A DNA stretch of 64,000 nucleotides from a virus (taxonomy: Duplodnaviria; Caudoviricetes), in IMG/VR virus record IMGVR_UViG_3300033493_000001, positions 1,756 through 65,755 of that record. One strand, written 5' to 3'. Both the position numbers and the translations under genes were made by a program. This document shows, piece after piece, positions 1 through 9,072 of the stretch (positions are counted from its first letter, which is position 1; every line of letters begins with the position of its first letter). The notes below the pieces were generated by a model that had not been told where the DNA came from, searched no databases, and saw nothing but the letters and a program-made list of their open reading frames with translations.

Positions 1-1228
1 CGGCCATGGACACGCCGTTAGCGGCTGCCGCGGCGGCCGGGAAAGTGGCGATACCATTGGCGCCGGCCAGGACATCATAGAGCGATTGGTTTGTCGGCAA
101 GGCCGTACCAGTGCCATTGATGACATTCTCTTGCGTGTATCGAAGGACCTCGGCCATAGAGACCGCATTTGCAGCAGCCGCGCCGGCGGGGAACGAGGCG
201 ATGCCCGCGGTTCCCGCCAGGATGTCGAGAAGACCTTTGATGTAACCTACGAGGCTCTTGTCGGCGGCAATGGCCTGCACACCGGCATCCGTCTTGTTGC
301 CGATGACATCGCGCATCTGCGAATTGGTGGCAACGTCGGCCGTCGGAACATCATGGAATCCGTCAATCACAGCCACGGCGGCAGTGAGCGCGCCGATGTC
401 GTCGCCGGCAATCGCTGCGCCCGAGCCGCCTGAGAACTCCTGAGCCGCGGCGGAATCGTAGCCCTGAACGCTCCACGTTGACCCCGTCACGGTATCCACG
501 ACATTCTTGGACAGGTTGGTCGTGCCGCTGTTGTAGAAATTGCCAGTAACCGTGATGTTGTGACAGGCGGTCGTGTGGAATTCCACGATGGCGGTGGATG
601 CCACGCCGTAGAAGTCCACGTTGATTTCGCCGGTATCCACGCCAACCAGACGGACCGCGTTCACGCAGGCGTTGCCAGCGATGAAGCCGCGATACTTCAG
701 GTCCACATGCAGACGGTCTGCGCCTGCAGTGGTCAGGATGGCCGCCACTGCCTCGATGGCCGCGGATGCATCCTGATGCTCGATGTCCAGCCAGCAATCG
801 GCACCCGATACCACAATCGGACTGACCACGGAGTCGATGGATGGCTTGGTGATGATGTTCTGCACGGTCACCGATGCGGCCGAAATAACCATGGTCGCCG
901 CCGTGCCGCTGAACGTCAACGTGGGACGGTCGGCGCCGGACCCCAGGCCGATGATGGCGACGCCGGCAATATCGGCAGTGATGGCCGATGCCGTGGCCAG
1001 CGTTTCCGCATGTCCGGGTTTGACAATAATTAGATCACCGTTGTTAGCGGTGCAGTTGTTGATGGCGGTGTCGATGGTCAGATAGGGGCGCGTGAACGTT
1101 CCGTCGCCATTCTGGAGGCCGCCAGAATCGACCCAGTACACATCGCCACCGTGAGAATTCAGAACAGTAACGCCGCGGATCGCGACGCCACTGTTAAAAC
1201 CGTTCGGGAATTTGCTGAGACTACCCAT
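1..1228 (-). CDS. Virion structural protein downstream of the capsid gene (beta-helix-like N-terminal part, Ala/Gly-rich repeats); 3' end runs off the window
   Basis: Not in the ORF track. AGGAG RBS then ATG at 1228, open to base 1: MGSLSKFPNGFNSGVAIRGVTVLNSHGGDVYWVDSGG...GDGTFTRPYLTIDTAINNC. Confidence 0.75.
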   Translation of the reverse strand, partial: MGSLSKFPNGFNSGVAIRGVTVLNSHGGDVYWVDSGGLQNGDGTFTRPYLTIDTAINNCTANNGDLIIVKPGHAETLATASAITADIAGVAIIGLGSGADRPTLTFSGTAATMVISAASVTVQNIITKPSIDSVVSPIVVSGADCWLDIEHQDASAAIEAVAAILTTAGADRLHVDLKYRGFIAGNACVNAVRLVGVDTGEINVDFYGVASTAIVEFHTTACHNITVTGNFYNSGTTNLSKNVVDTVTGSTWSVQGYDSAAAQEFSGGSGAAIAGDDIGALTAAVAVIDGFHDVPTADVATNSQMRDVIGNKTDAGVQAIAADKSLVGYIKGLLDILAGTAGIASFPAGAAAANAVSMAEVLRYTQENVINGTGTALPTNQSLYDVLAGANGIATFPAAAAAANGVSMA

Positions 1229-1350
1229 GTTGCTGCTCCTGTTAGACCGCTGTGCGGTCCTCGATATGAGGAATTCCTAAAGTTCGCAGCCCCATCAGGC
1301 GTAAAAAAACCCCTTTCGGGGCTGCGTTTTGCTGGTTAGCTTGTTAGCCG

Positions 1351-2268
1351 TTAGCCGGCGCCCATAGACCCGTAGCACGAGCGCGGATCCGTCCAACCTT
1401 CGCTGTACCGCTGCCGCGCGCGATAGATGATGTTGCCGGTAGACGGATCGACGGTCGCTTTCGGCACCACCATCTTCGTGCGATTGATCACCTTCAGACC
1501 ATCCTTGATGTCGGTCTTGATGAACCACGCATCCGGATCGGTGAGGTTGGTCATGACAACGGGGTCGTTGCCAAACACGCCCTTGCGCACGATGGCGTTG
1601 ATGTCGCGCTCTGCGGTGCCGGGCCGATCCTTGTTGCCCAGGATGCGGATGGCGTTGTATTCGCCCTGCGGCGCCACGATGAGGCGAACCGGCTTCATCA
1701 TCACGGGGAGACCGCGATCATCCTTGGCGGTACGGATCTGGATGAGGAGCTGCTCAATTGCCGATTCCGACAGGTCGGCGGCAGTCGAAAGCATATTGCT
1801 CATGGTGCCGCCACCCATCAGCGGATGGTCCGTCGCCAAAAGCGGTTTGCCGTCGCCGCCGAGATAGCCGGTATCCACCGCGTTGTTCAGCACGTTCGCC
1901 GAATACACTTCTTGCGACTGACGCATGGAGCGAGCCATTGCGCGCGTGTATTTGGGGCCGAGCTGAATGTAGCGGTTGTCCTCGATTGCCTCTTCGGTGA
2001 GGCGGAACGAGAGGCCAACGATGCGATGGGTATACCGCTTGGTCCACCCTTCCATGCCCTCGTCCTGAGCGTACTCGCCGCCCTCGGACTTCTCCGGAGC
2101 GTAGCCGAGGCCGGTGACCAACAGGTCTTCCTCGAACGCCTTTTCTGACGTGCTTACATCGAATACCTGATCGTACTCGGTCGGGTAATCGTCGTATTCC
2201 AAGCCAAAGATGGTATTGAGACCATCCTGCTGCATTTTCGCGAAACTCGCGCGTGTCATTACTGCCAT
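1351..2268 (-). CDS. Major capsid protein (HK97 fold, Mu gpT-like family)
   Basis: 305 aa with GLNTIFGLEY..SEKAFEE..G...K.EG..RYTH..GL.F.LTEEAIEDN motifs typical of this capsid family; terminator-like hairpin at about 1303-1325. Confidence 0.9.
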   Translation of the reverse strand: MAVMTRASFAKMQQDGLNTIFGLEYDDYPTEYDQVFDVSTSEKAFEEDLLVTGLGYAPEKSEGGEYAQDEGMEGWTKRYTHRIVGLSFRLTEEAIEDNRYIQLGPKYTRAMARSMRQSQEVYSANVLNNAVDTGYLGGDGKPLLATDHPLMGGGTMSNMLSTAADLSESAIEQLLIQIRTAKDDRGLPVMMKPVRLIVAPQGEYNAIRILGNKDRPGTAERDINAIVRKGVFGNDPVVMTNLTDPDAWFIKTDIKDGLKVINRTKMVVPKATVDPSTGNIIYRARQRYSEGWTDPRSCYGSMGAG

Positions 2269-2280
2269 GATATTTCTCCT

Positions 2281-2850
2281 TTACACGCCGCCGACGCCGG
2301 AAACAACACCCATGAAGGCGTTCTCCGCGAACACGCCGTATGCCTTGGCGTATGCGCCATAGGCGTTATCCGGGCTGCGCTTAAGCTCAACGAGTCGCAG
2401 CTCCTTGCCGGTGCTTGCCGTGCCAGCGCCAACATCGCCATACGCGCCAGAGACGCCCGTGGTGGTGCTTCCGGTACCGGCATTCCATGCGATTTGCTGA
2501 CCGATGTCGCCCACCGCCAACGTGTCGCATTGGAACTCGTACACGATGAACGGGTCATCGTAGACAAGGGCGACGATGTCGGTAGCCACAGTGCTTGCCG
2601 GCCAGTATTTGGAGGATTTCTGCTCGCCCTGGCTGTTGACGTACCGGCATCCGACGAACACGCCGATGTTGTCGGCATTCCCGGCGGCGGCCAGCTGGAT
2701 GTTCTTTCCGGTGCCCGTCATCTCAATCGGATCGCCGTGGAAGATGTTGGTGTTGTAGGCGGACGCAATCGAATACTCATTCGTTCGAATCTCGCCGCCC
2801 GACTGATGCCGAACGGGACGAAGCCCGAAAGGCGAATTAACATTTGCCAT
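2281..2850 (-). CDS. Capsid decoration/stabilisation protein
   Basis: MANVNSPFGLRPV N-terminus, directly upstream of the capsid gene. Confidence 0.7.
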   Translation of the reverse strand: MANVNSPFGLRPVRHQSGGEIRTNEYSIASAYNTNIFHGDPIEMTGTGKNIQLAAAGNADNIGVFVGCRYVNSQGEQKSSKYWPASTVATDIVALVYDDPFIVYEFQCDTLAVGDIGQQIAWNAGTGSTTTGVSGAYGDVGAGTASTGKELRLVELKRSPDNAYGAYAKAYGVFAENAFMGVVSGVGGV

Positions 2851-2865
2851 TTATACTTACCTCGT

Positions 2866-3375
2866 TTAGTCGTCCGCGATACGCACCGGACGGCCTCGCT
2901 CTACGGTTGCACTAGTCTCTGTGTTGTGACTTATGCCAGCGTGAGATCCGCCTACGTTTTCGCGGAAAATGTTGTTTTTTACGGCAGATTCCAGGTCTCT
3001 CCGCCGTTTCTTGTTGATGGCATTCACCTTCTCGCTAATTCCCTCGTGGCGTTCCATCAGAATGTTGTCGTGCGTTCCGATGACGCCGCCGATGCCTTCG
3101 CGTTTCGATGTGAGCCATTGGTACGCTTTCGGCACTGATTCCACGGGGCGCGGTTTCCATCCCCGCTGTGCCGCCCGCGCAATGTTGCGCGCGTCATCAC
3201 CCTCTTTCGTCGCCACTCGCACCCACCGCTGGTCATAGCCGGCGCGCGCTGGAATGTTCGGCAAAGGGCCAGACTCTTCGAACAAAATGACCTCGTCATC
3301 ATGTACGTCCGTCGCATCATGCGTCTCTTGTTCGCGACTCGTGCGAACTCCACTACCCCGTACACCTCTCGCCAT
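2866..3375 (-). CDS. Conserved head-module hypothetical protein
   Basis: 169 aa, RWVR..N..R..GWKP motif, between scaffold and decoration genes. Confidence 0.65.
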   Translation of the reverse strand: MARGVRGSGVRTSREQETHDATDVHDDEVILFEESGPLPNIPARAGYDQRWVRVATKEGDDARNIARAAQRGWKPRPVESVPKAYQWLTSKREGIGGVIGTHDNILMERHEGISEKVNAINKKRRRDLESAVKNNIFRENVGGSHAGISHNTETSATVERGRPVRIADD

Positions 3376-3377
3376 GA

Positions 3378-4328
3378 TTAGGCCCTCTTCCTCTTTAAAT
3401 ATGCTTCCCGCACCTTCGGGTCTTTGTGATCTAGACCGTACTGTTTCATGGTGCGAATGTCGTAATCCGTCAGCTCGCCGGCTTTCTTGCGCGGTGGAGC
3501 TTCACCGCCGCGCGATGGCGGCGCAATGTGGTTGCGAGGCGCCGGCGTTTTCTCCGGAACCTCAGTCACTTCTTGCTCTTCGATTTCCTCGACGCCAAGC
3601 ACAGAATCGAACTCCGGCAACTCTCGGATCCGTCGGTCAATCTCGGCATATAGCTTTTTTGCCTGCTCAGGATTTTTCAGGCTGTAGCCGCGGAGAATAA
3701 GGCTCAGCTCTATTCGCTGAACTTCGGCGGATAGATGGCTGTTTCCTGGATCCGTGTACCATTGATTCGACTCAAGCCATGCCGCCGCTTCCGGAATCAT
3801 CCCTTCCGGCTCGCCTTGAACTCTCTGCTCTGTAACGCGCTCCGGTTCCGTGGTCTTCGGTCGCATCCTGTCGCGAACGGCGAACAGCTCGTCCGTCGCC
3901 CTGTTCGACTCGGCGAGATTCCCCTCTTCCTCTGCCTGGCGGCGCCTCTCGATCAACTCCTGTTCGCGCTGTTTGAGAATGGCGGCGGTTGATTCGCTCG
4001 CCCCCTTCTCTGCATCTATGCGACGTTGTTCGAGAAGCTCTGCTTTGGCTTCGGCTGCCGCGGCGCGCTCTTCTGCTTCATGCTTCTGCCGTACCAACTC
4101 ATTGAGGCGCTTCTGGTAATCATTGCGCTTTCGCTGTTGGCGCTGTTCCTTTGTGTCCGGTTGCTGCTCCAGCTGCTCGGGCTTCTGCGTTTCCTGTTGT
4201 TCGTCCTTGCTGTCATCGTGCGCAGCGTCTTGGTCGGACAGGACGGTCTTCGTGTCCTCCGGCACGTCGATGGTGTCGAACTCTGCGCCGGAATACTGTT
4301 CGTCTTGAATTTTTTCTTTCTCTGCCAT
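3378..4328 (-). CDS. Capsid scaffolding protein
   Basis: Acidic, coiled-coil rich; position between portal and capsid. Confidence 0.7.
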   Translation of the reverse strand: MAEKEKIQDEQYSGAEFDTIDVPEDTKTVLSDQDAAHDDSKDEQQETQKPEQLEQQPDTKEQRQQRKRNDYQKRLNELVRQKHEAEERAAAAEAKAELLEQRRIDAEKGASESTAAILKQREQELIERRRQAEEEGNLAESNRATDELFAVRDRMRPKTTEPERVTEQRVQGEPEGMIPEAAAWLESNQWYTDPGNSHLSAEVQRIELSLILRGYSLKNPEQAKKLYAEIDRRIRELPEFDSVLGVEEIEEQEVTEVPEKTPAPRNHIAPPSRGGEAPPRKKAGELTDYDIRTMKQYGLDHKDPKVREAYLKRKRA

Positions 4329-4337
4329 AATCGCCCC

Positions 4338-4709
4338 TTACATTGGCGTTACGATGCTCGACTCGTCGGTGACGACGGCCAGCACGTTGTCATCGTTAAT
4401 AACCCGGAAGCGAATCGTGTTATCTCCACGCTTCTGGAGAACTTCTTGCCCGGCGTGACGGTCAAAGACCACCATGTCACCGATTTTGCAGAACGGTTCA
4501 TATCCTTCCGCTTGCGGGTGCAGCTTGAATCGCTCGTTTCGGTAGCAGAGCGGGCCCATGGCTACCACGCGCCCAAAGTACCGCAGGTATTCCTGCGCCC
4601 TCACCGATTCTTCTGGAAGCGCGATACCTCCGGCGGTTTCTCGTTTGATTTCTACCGGCTCCACCAGGATTCGCCATCCCGCCGGCCGTACTGGTGCTTC
4701 ACTCATCAT
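4338..4709 (-). CDS. groES: Co-chaperonin GroES (Cpn10)-like protein
   Basis: RPAGWRILVEP..ETAGGIALP..GRVVAMGP..GDMVVF..RVINDDNVLAVV. Confidence 0.9.
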   Translation of the reverse strand: MMSEAPVRPAGWRILVEPVEIKRETAGGIALPEESVRAQEYLRYFGRVVAMGPLCYRNERFKLHPQAEGYEPFCKIGDMVVFDRHAGQEVLQKRGDNTIRFRVINDDNVLAVVTDESSIVTPM

Positions 4710-4896
4710 CTAACTCCCCGTGTCGTTTGATCACGTCTAACAAAATCTTTGCCGCGGTTTCTAGTCCGCGAATCTCGCCCGCCAGTTCTTTATAGCGTTC
4801 GTAGCTCTCTGCTTTTCCGGCGCTCAAGAACGCCGTCTTGTCCACTACCGCTTTTGCGATAGCGCGATTGAATTCTTCCCGGATTTGTCCGATCAC
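4699..4896 (-). CDS. Small hypothetical protein
   Basis: 65 aa ORF coupled to portal and GroES. Confidence 0.65.
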   Translation of the reverse strand: MIGQIREEFNRAIAKAVVDKTAFLSAGKAESYERYKELAGEIRGLETAAKILLDVIKRHGELDDE

Positions 4897-7307
4897 ATCT
4901 GTGCGCCGAATACCTGGCTATCTGCCTGCATCGACTTGATGACCGCATCTTGCGTTGCGGCCATGTCCTGACGATGCATATCGGCCGCGGCCGTTGCGTC
5001 TTTTCTCTGGATGTCCGATTGAGCTATCGCGTCTTTCCGCTCTTGCTCTTTCGCGGCAATCTCGTCCTTTCTCTGCTGCTCGGCCTGAATGGCCAATACC
5101 TGCGGATCTGGCTGCGGCGGTTGCGCCATTTGCTGCGCGGCCTGCGCGGCCATCATGGCGATTTGCGCCTCGACCTCTTGAGGTAGTTCTTCGGATTCTT
5201 CCTCGTCATCGCTCGGCATTTTGAAGAGCATCCCCATGGCGCCCTGCATCTCCAGCAGGTATTTCATCGCCATGTGCTCTTGGATATGAGCCATCAATGC
5301 GGCGGCCGGCGGCGACGACTGCGGGACCATCGTTATCTGCGATTGGTGCACGGCGATATGCGCCGGGTGGTGTTCGTCCATGAATGCGCGGATAGGAAGG
5401 CCAACCATCGCTGCCGCGCCCTCGCTCACCGGGTCACGACGCTTGCCCCTCTTGTCGGGCATCAATTCATCGGCGTCATCGACTCGCAGGGAAGCCAACG
5501 CGCGCTTGTGCAATTTCCGCTGGTCGTACAGTCCCGGCGCCGTTTCGGCCAATTGCATGACGGCCTGCGAGATGAAATATCGCTGTACGTTGCTGGCAAT
5601 GTTTGGATCCGAGACCGGCACAACATCAATGCGGTCGTCGAAGTCGGCGCGCATGATGCCGCGGTCCTCGCCCTCGACGGCGTACGGGTATTCGTCAGGG
5701 AGGTAAACCGAATCAAGCCACGCGATCAGTTTGTATTCCTGACCTGCCGCCTGATGAAGTCGCCGCTGAATGGTCGTGAACACCTTCGCGCCCTGCTCAA
5801 TGCGGGCCAGGATGGTCCCTACCGGCGTGTTCTCAGTGCCGCCACCAACCATCGTTTCGGTGGTGCCGGCGAACCTCTGCCCCATCTGCTCCAGGTGGCC
5901 GAGAAGCGCAAACAGCACTTGGCTCGGCTCTTTCCAGTTGAACGGGATGAGAGCCTTCCTGATATCGTCGAGTTCCGTTTCAATCTCGCGGAACTCGCCC
6001 GGCTCTATCGGCTTGTCGGCGTCCTTGATGCCGACTTCTCCGACTCGGTATCCGCCCTGCTGGTTGGCGAATGACGCCGAATCCAGCAGCGCACGAAGCG
6101 ATCCGGTGGCCGCTTTCGCCATCCCGCCAATCCAGTGATACAACCCGTACCCGTAGAACCCCAGGCCGGGCATAAAACGGTAGTGAATGTGGTAGATGAT
6201 TCGCTTCTTCTGCGGGTCGCTCGGCTTCCAGTTGCGGTAAATGCTCAGGACCTTACGGCTATCCTTGTCTACCGTCACGACATAGGGCAGAGCGATTCCT
6301 GTCTTTTTGCCGCCTTTCGTGTCCTCAAACCCCGGCAGGTCCAATTCGCAATAGCACTCGAACAGCGTGCGCCTATGGTCATCGGTAACGAACTGCTGTT
6401 CGCTGCGCCCCTCGGTATCTGAAATCTCCTGAATGACGATATCGCGCTTCTGCTCGTGGCTATCCTCGGTCGGTGCTATTAGATCCTCATCGCGATACAG
6501 GCCGGCAACCTGGCGCCGTCTCACATCGTTCTGCGACATGAGAACGCGCTCGGTGTAGCGCGGCGTGGTCTGTAGGTCAGTGGCGCGATAGGGAACGATG
6601 AAATCCGCGGGCTCCACGAGGGAGCGCATCACGCCGTTGATGGGGTCGAAATAGCCCTTGATGAAGCAGGAGCCAGACAGCGGCAAACGAATTAGCAACT
6701 TGTCGGTCTGCTCGAATGCGCCTGGCATCAGCTCCGTGTATTGGTAGTTCAGGAATTGCTCGACGCGCTTCGCCTGCTCCTGGCGCTCTTCGTTGATGGC
6801 ACCGAGTATTTTCGACTTCACCGGGCCATCTGCCGGCCACATCACGTCCATGGCGCGAGAGGCGAACTGTACGCACGCCTCACCAAGCAGCGGGTGAACA
6901 ACCGTTGACGCGCCTTTGAAATTCGCTCCACCGTCTACGTTCGGGCTCACACCGAGCGCCCGGATACCTGCCTGCTCCTGCGTCTGCCATTCGGCCCGCG
7001 ATTCCTCGTCCCACTCCACCCAGTTGAGGATATCGAGCGCGATTTTGTTGAGGTCGCGCTCATCGACGAACTTGGCGAGATTGGCCTGATGATCGTTCGC
7101 GTTCTCGGCAGGCACAGTCTCGCGCTCATACTGAGACAGGAGCGCGTATTCCTCGTCCGTCAACGCCTCTTCGCCAACCTCGTCACGGATGGCAATCAGC
7201 GCTTCGATGGGCGTCTCTTGCATTCCGTCTTCCGCGAATTGGATCGAATCCATTTCGTCGGGGATGGCGATGGTGTCTGATAGGCTGTTAGGCATCTTCA
7301 ACGCCAT
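4893..7307 (-). CDS. Portal protein
   Basis: Long ORF with HPLLGEACVQFASRA, GSCFIKGYFD and PGLGFYGYGL motifs; likely start MALKMP at 7307 (track extends to 7385). Confidence 0.9.
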   Translation of the reverse strand: MALKMPNSLSDTIAIPDEMDSIQFAEDGMQETPIEALIAIRDEVGEEALTDEEYALLSQYERETVPAENANDHQANLAKFVDERDLNKIALDILNWVEWDEESRAEWQTQEQAGIRALGVSPNVDGGANFKGASTVVHPLLGEACVQFASRAMDVMWPADGPVKSKILGAINEERQEQAKRVEQFLNYQYTELMPGAFEQTDKLLIRLPLSGSCFIKGYFDPINGVMRSLVEPADFIVPYRATDLQTTPRYTERVLMSQNDVRRRQVAGLYRDEDLIAPTEDSHEQKRDIVIQEISDTEGRSEQQFVTDDHRRTLFECYCELDLPGFEDTKGGKKTGIALPYVVTVDKDSRKVLSIYRNWKPSDPQKKRIIYHIHYRFMPGLGFYGYGLYHWIGGMAKAATGSLRALLDSASFANQQGGYRVGEVGIKDADKPIEPGEFREIETELDDIRKALIPFNWKEPSQVLFALLGHLEQMGQRFAGTTETMVGGGTENTPVGTILARIEQGAKVFTTIQRRLHQAAGQEYKLIAWLDSVYLPDEYPYAVEGEDRGIMRADFDDRIDVVPVSDPNIASNVQRYFISQAVMQLAETAPGLYDQRKLHKRALASLRVDDADELMPDKRGKRRDPVSEGAAAMVGLPIRAFMDEHHPAHIAVHQSQITMVPQSSPPAAALMAHIQEHMAMKYLLEMQGAMGMLFKMPSDDEEESEELPQEVEAQIAMMAAQAAQQMAQPPQPDPQVLAIQAEQQRKDEIAAKEQERKDAIAQSDIQRKDATAAADMHRQDMAATQDAVIKSMQADSQVFGAQM

Positions 7308-7719
7308 TATTATTTGCGAATGATGGGTTGGTGATTGGCCTATCCATCCATCCGTGGTTTCCGACAAGGCAGCGCCATTCCTCATCGCTCAATTCTGGAA
7401 TTGTTGTCAGCCTCATTCTTGCAACGAGCGAGCCAGTCCATATTCCATCGTCCTTGTACGTCGCCCTTATGCTTGGGCGAGACCGCCAAACGACGACTAC
7501 AGACGTGTCATCGGAATCGAGCAACCGACCGGCGGCTCCGTTGATGCGACGGATCGTGTCGGTTATCCATTTTGCTATCGCCATCGTGTCGCTTCCTGTC
7601 ATTCCCAGATAGCGATACATATGTCTGCCCGATTCGTCCTCGAAATACGCCATCGGCGGGCCATCTACGTGGATAACTTCGTTCATTTGCTTCTCATTCG
7701 GGCAATAAAAAAGCCGCAC
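7288..7719 (-). CDS. Hypothetical protein
   Basis: 143 aa ORF overlapping the portal start. Confidence 0.55.
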   Translation of the reverse strand: MRLFYCPNEKQMNEVIHVDGPPMAYFEDESGRHMYRYLGMTGSDTMAIAKWITDTIRRINGAAGRLLDSDDTSVVVVWRSRPSIRATYKDDGIWTGSLVARMRLTTIPELSDEEWRCLVGNHGWMDRPITNPSFANNNGVEDA

Positions 7720-7732
7720 TAAGGCGGCTTTG
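7706..7732 (-). terminator. Rho-independent terminator
   Basis: GCCGC-CTTAGT-GCGGC followed by T tract on - strand. Confidence 0.7.
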
Positions 7733-7935
7733 TTTCTACATTAGCTCGTTGTTCAGCTCTTTATGTTGCCGTCCATATCTTTGATGGCCTCATGAAGATC
7801 GACAAACTCCTTTATTCGCCATCCGCCAGCGAGTTCTCCGTCTTTCCCATGTACCGATAGAAGCAAGGTAATTGCTTCCCTCGCCTTTTCGATCACTTTT
7901 TTCTGTTTTTCATTCATTCGCATCTGTCCATAAAC

Positions 7936-7959
7936 AAAAACCCGCACTAGGCGGGTTTG
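7936..7959 (-). terminator. Rho-independent terminator
   Basis: CCCGC-CTAGT-GCGGG followed by T tract on - strand. Confidence 0.7.
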
Positions 7960-7982
7960 TGTGGTTGTCTATCTCTTACTTG

Positions 7983-8360
7983 CTACTTGCGTTTGTTCTT
8001 GTGTCTATCAACTCGCAGCGACTTAGCGGAAATCTCGACCAAGCCATCCGGAAGCGGCGCAGGCTTGCTCGTACCAAGCCTTTCCGGCTCTCCCGGTCCT
8101 CGCGTCGTCTCCATGCGCGGCTCGATGCCATGCTCGCGCATCTGCTCTCGGTAGCGCTTGGCGCGGTTGATGAGCTGGCGGTTGGCTTCGGCGAGTTCGT
8201 GCACTTGTGCGTCGGAGTCGGCCAGTTTGCACATGACCTCATTCAATACGCGCGTTGAAAAGTATTTATCGGCACGAAGCCGCGCGCACTCCGCCTCCGC
8301 CTCTTTTAGTCCGCGATACCACGGGAACAACAGCTTGATGCGCTCAAACATGGCCGCCAC
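7983..8360 (-). CDS. Hypothetical coiled-coil protein
   Basis: 125 aa ORF. Confidence 0.6.
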   Translation of the reverse strand: MAAMFERIKLLFPWYRGLKEAEAECARLRADKYFSTRVLNEVMCKLADSDAQVHELAEANRQLINRAKRYREQMREHGIEPRMETTRGPGEPERLGTSKPAPLPDGLVEISAKSLRVDRHKNKRK

Positions 8361-8486
8361 CTAACACATACCGCGCCGCCGCAAGTTCTTCGTAGTCATC
8401 ACCGGCTACTAGCTCTGCCAGTCTCTCCAAAATAGCCTGTTCGAAACGCTCTAAGTCCGATTGCTTTGCTTTGTCATTCATCGCCA

Positions 8487-8681
8487 TCACTCCTTGCGCC
8501 GGATGTCGATGATCATCCCTTCATCCCCGAGGTAATAGCTCATAACCTCATACTCTCCATCCGGACCGCGAATGGCAATTGGCGTCTCCATCGCCTCGGC
8601 TACCTTGTATGCCGGAGTATTCGGCTCAGAATCTCCATCGAATACAACAAAATCAATTGGTCGCATCGCCATCACCCTCAC
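8487..8681 (-). CDS. Hypothetical protein
   Basis: 64 aa ORF with GAGG RBS immediately after the structured RNA region. Confidence 0.6.
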   Translation of the reverse strand: MRVMAMRPIDFVVFDGDSEPNTPAYKVAEAMETPIAIRGPDGEYEVMSYYLGDEGMIIDIRRKE

Positions 8682-8818
8682 AGCCCCGCAGAATTAGGAG
8701 CGCCAGGCCGGGCGGGTGACCGGCTTTTCTCTCCGTCGAGATAGGCGCTTGTTCTGTTGCTCAACGCACATAGAGAGTGGACCCCCTGGTCGTCAGTTGC
8801 TCCCCGGCTGGGACGACT

Positions 8819-8874
8819 CCGCGCTACGCCTCGCGGCGTTTCGGTGGCGTTACTCACCTCATCAGACGCTTTGG
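8819..8874 (-). ncRNA. Type I hammerhead ribozyme
   Basis: - strand: CC-AAA-GCGU CUGAUGA GGUG(AGUAACGC)CACC GAA ACGCC(GCGA)GGCGU A GCGC-GG; complete core, three stems, GUA cleavage triplet (cut 3' of A8825). Confidence 0.85.
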
Positions 8875-8954
8875 TAAATACCGGGCCAGATGCTACCTGC
8901 ACAGGGGTCCGTTGGTAGCCCACGCTCTATGTGCGCTGTTCATCTACGATTGAT

Positions 8955-9072
8955 TGGCGGCTTTGTCTGGATTAGAACCAGCGCTCAGTAGACTTACCGG
9001 CCTGAGCTAGCGTTGACAGTGCGGCTATTATCTCCGCAGCGCCAGCTAAACCGAAGCTGGCACACCAAAGCC
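8955..9072 (-). ncRNA. tRNA-like structured element (non-canonical, 118 nt)
   Basis: Perfect 7-bp acceptor GGCTTTG/CAAAGCC plus G-CCA; T-arm CTGG-TTCTAAT-CCAG; three further hairpins; no canonical anticodon loop. Confidence 0.6.

Noticed and set aside
8678-8923. 81-aa ORF in the track
   Set aside because: Starts at GTG with no clear RBS and overlaps the hammerhead and long stems; better explained as RNA
8885-8940. HDV-like (theta) or pistol ribozyme after the tRNA mimic
   Set aside because: The pseudoknot order and conserved nucleotides do not fit either consensus by eye
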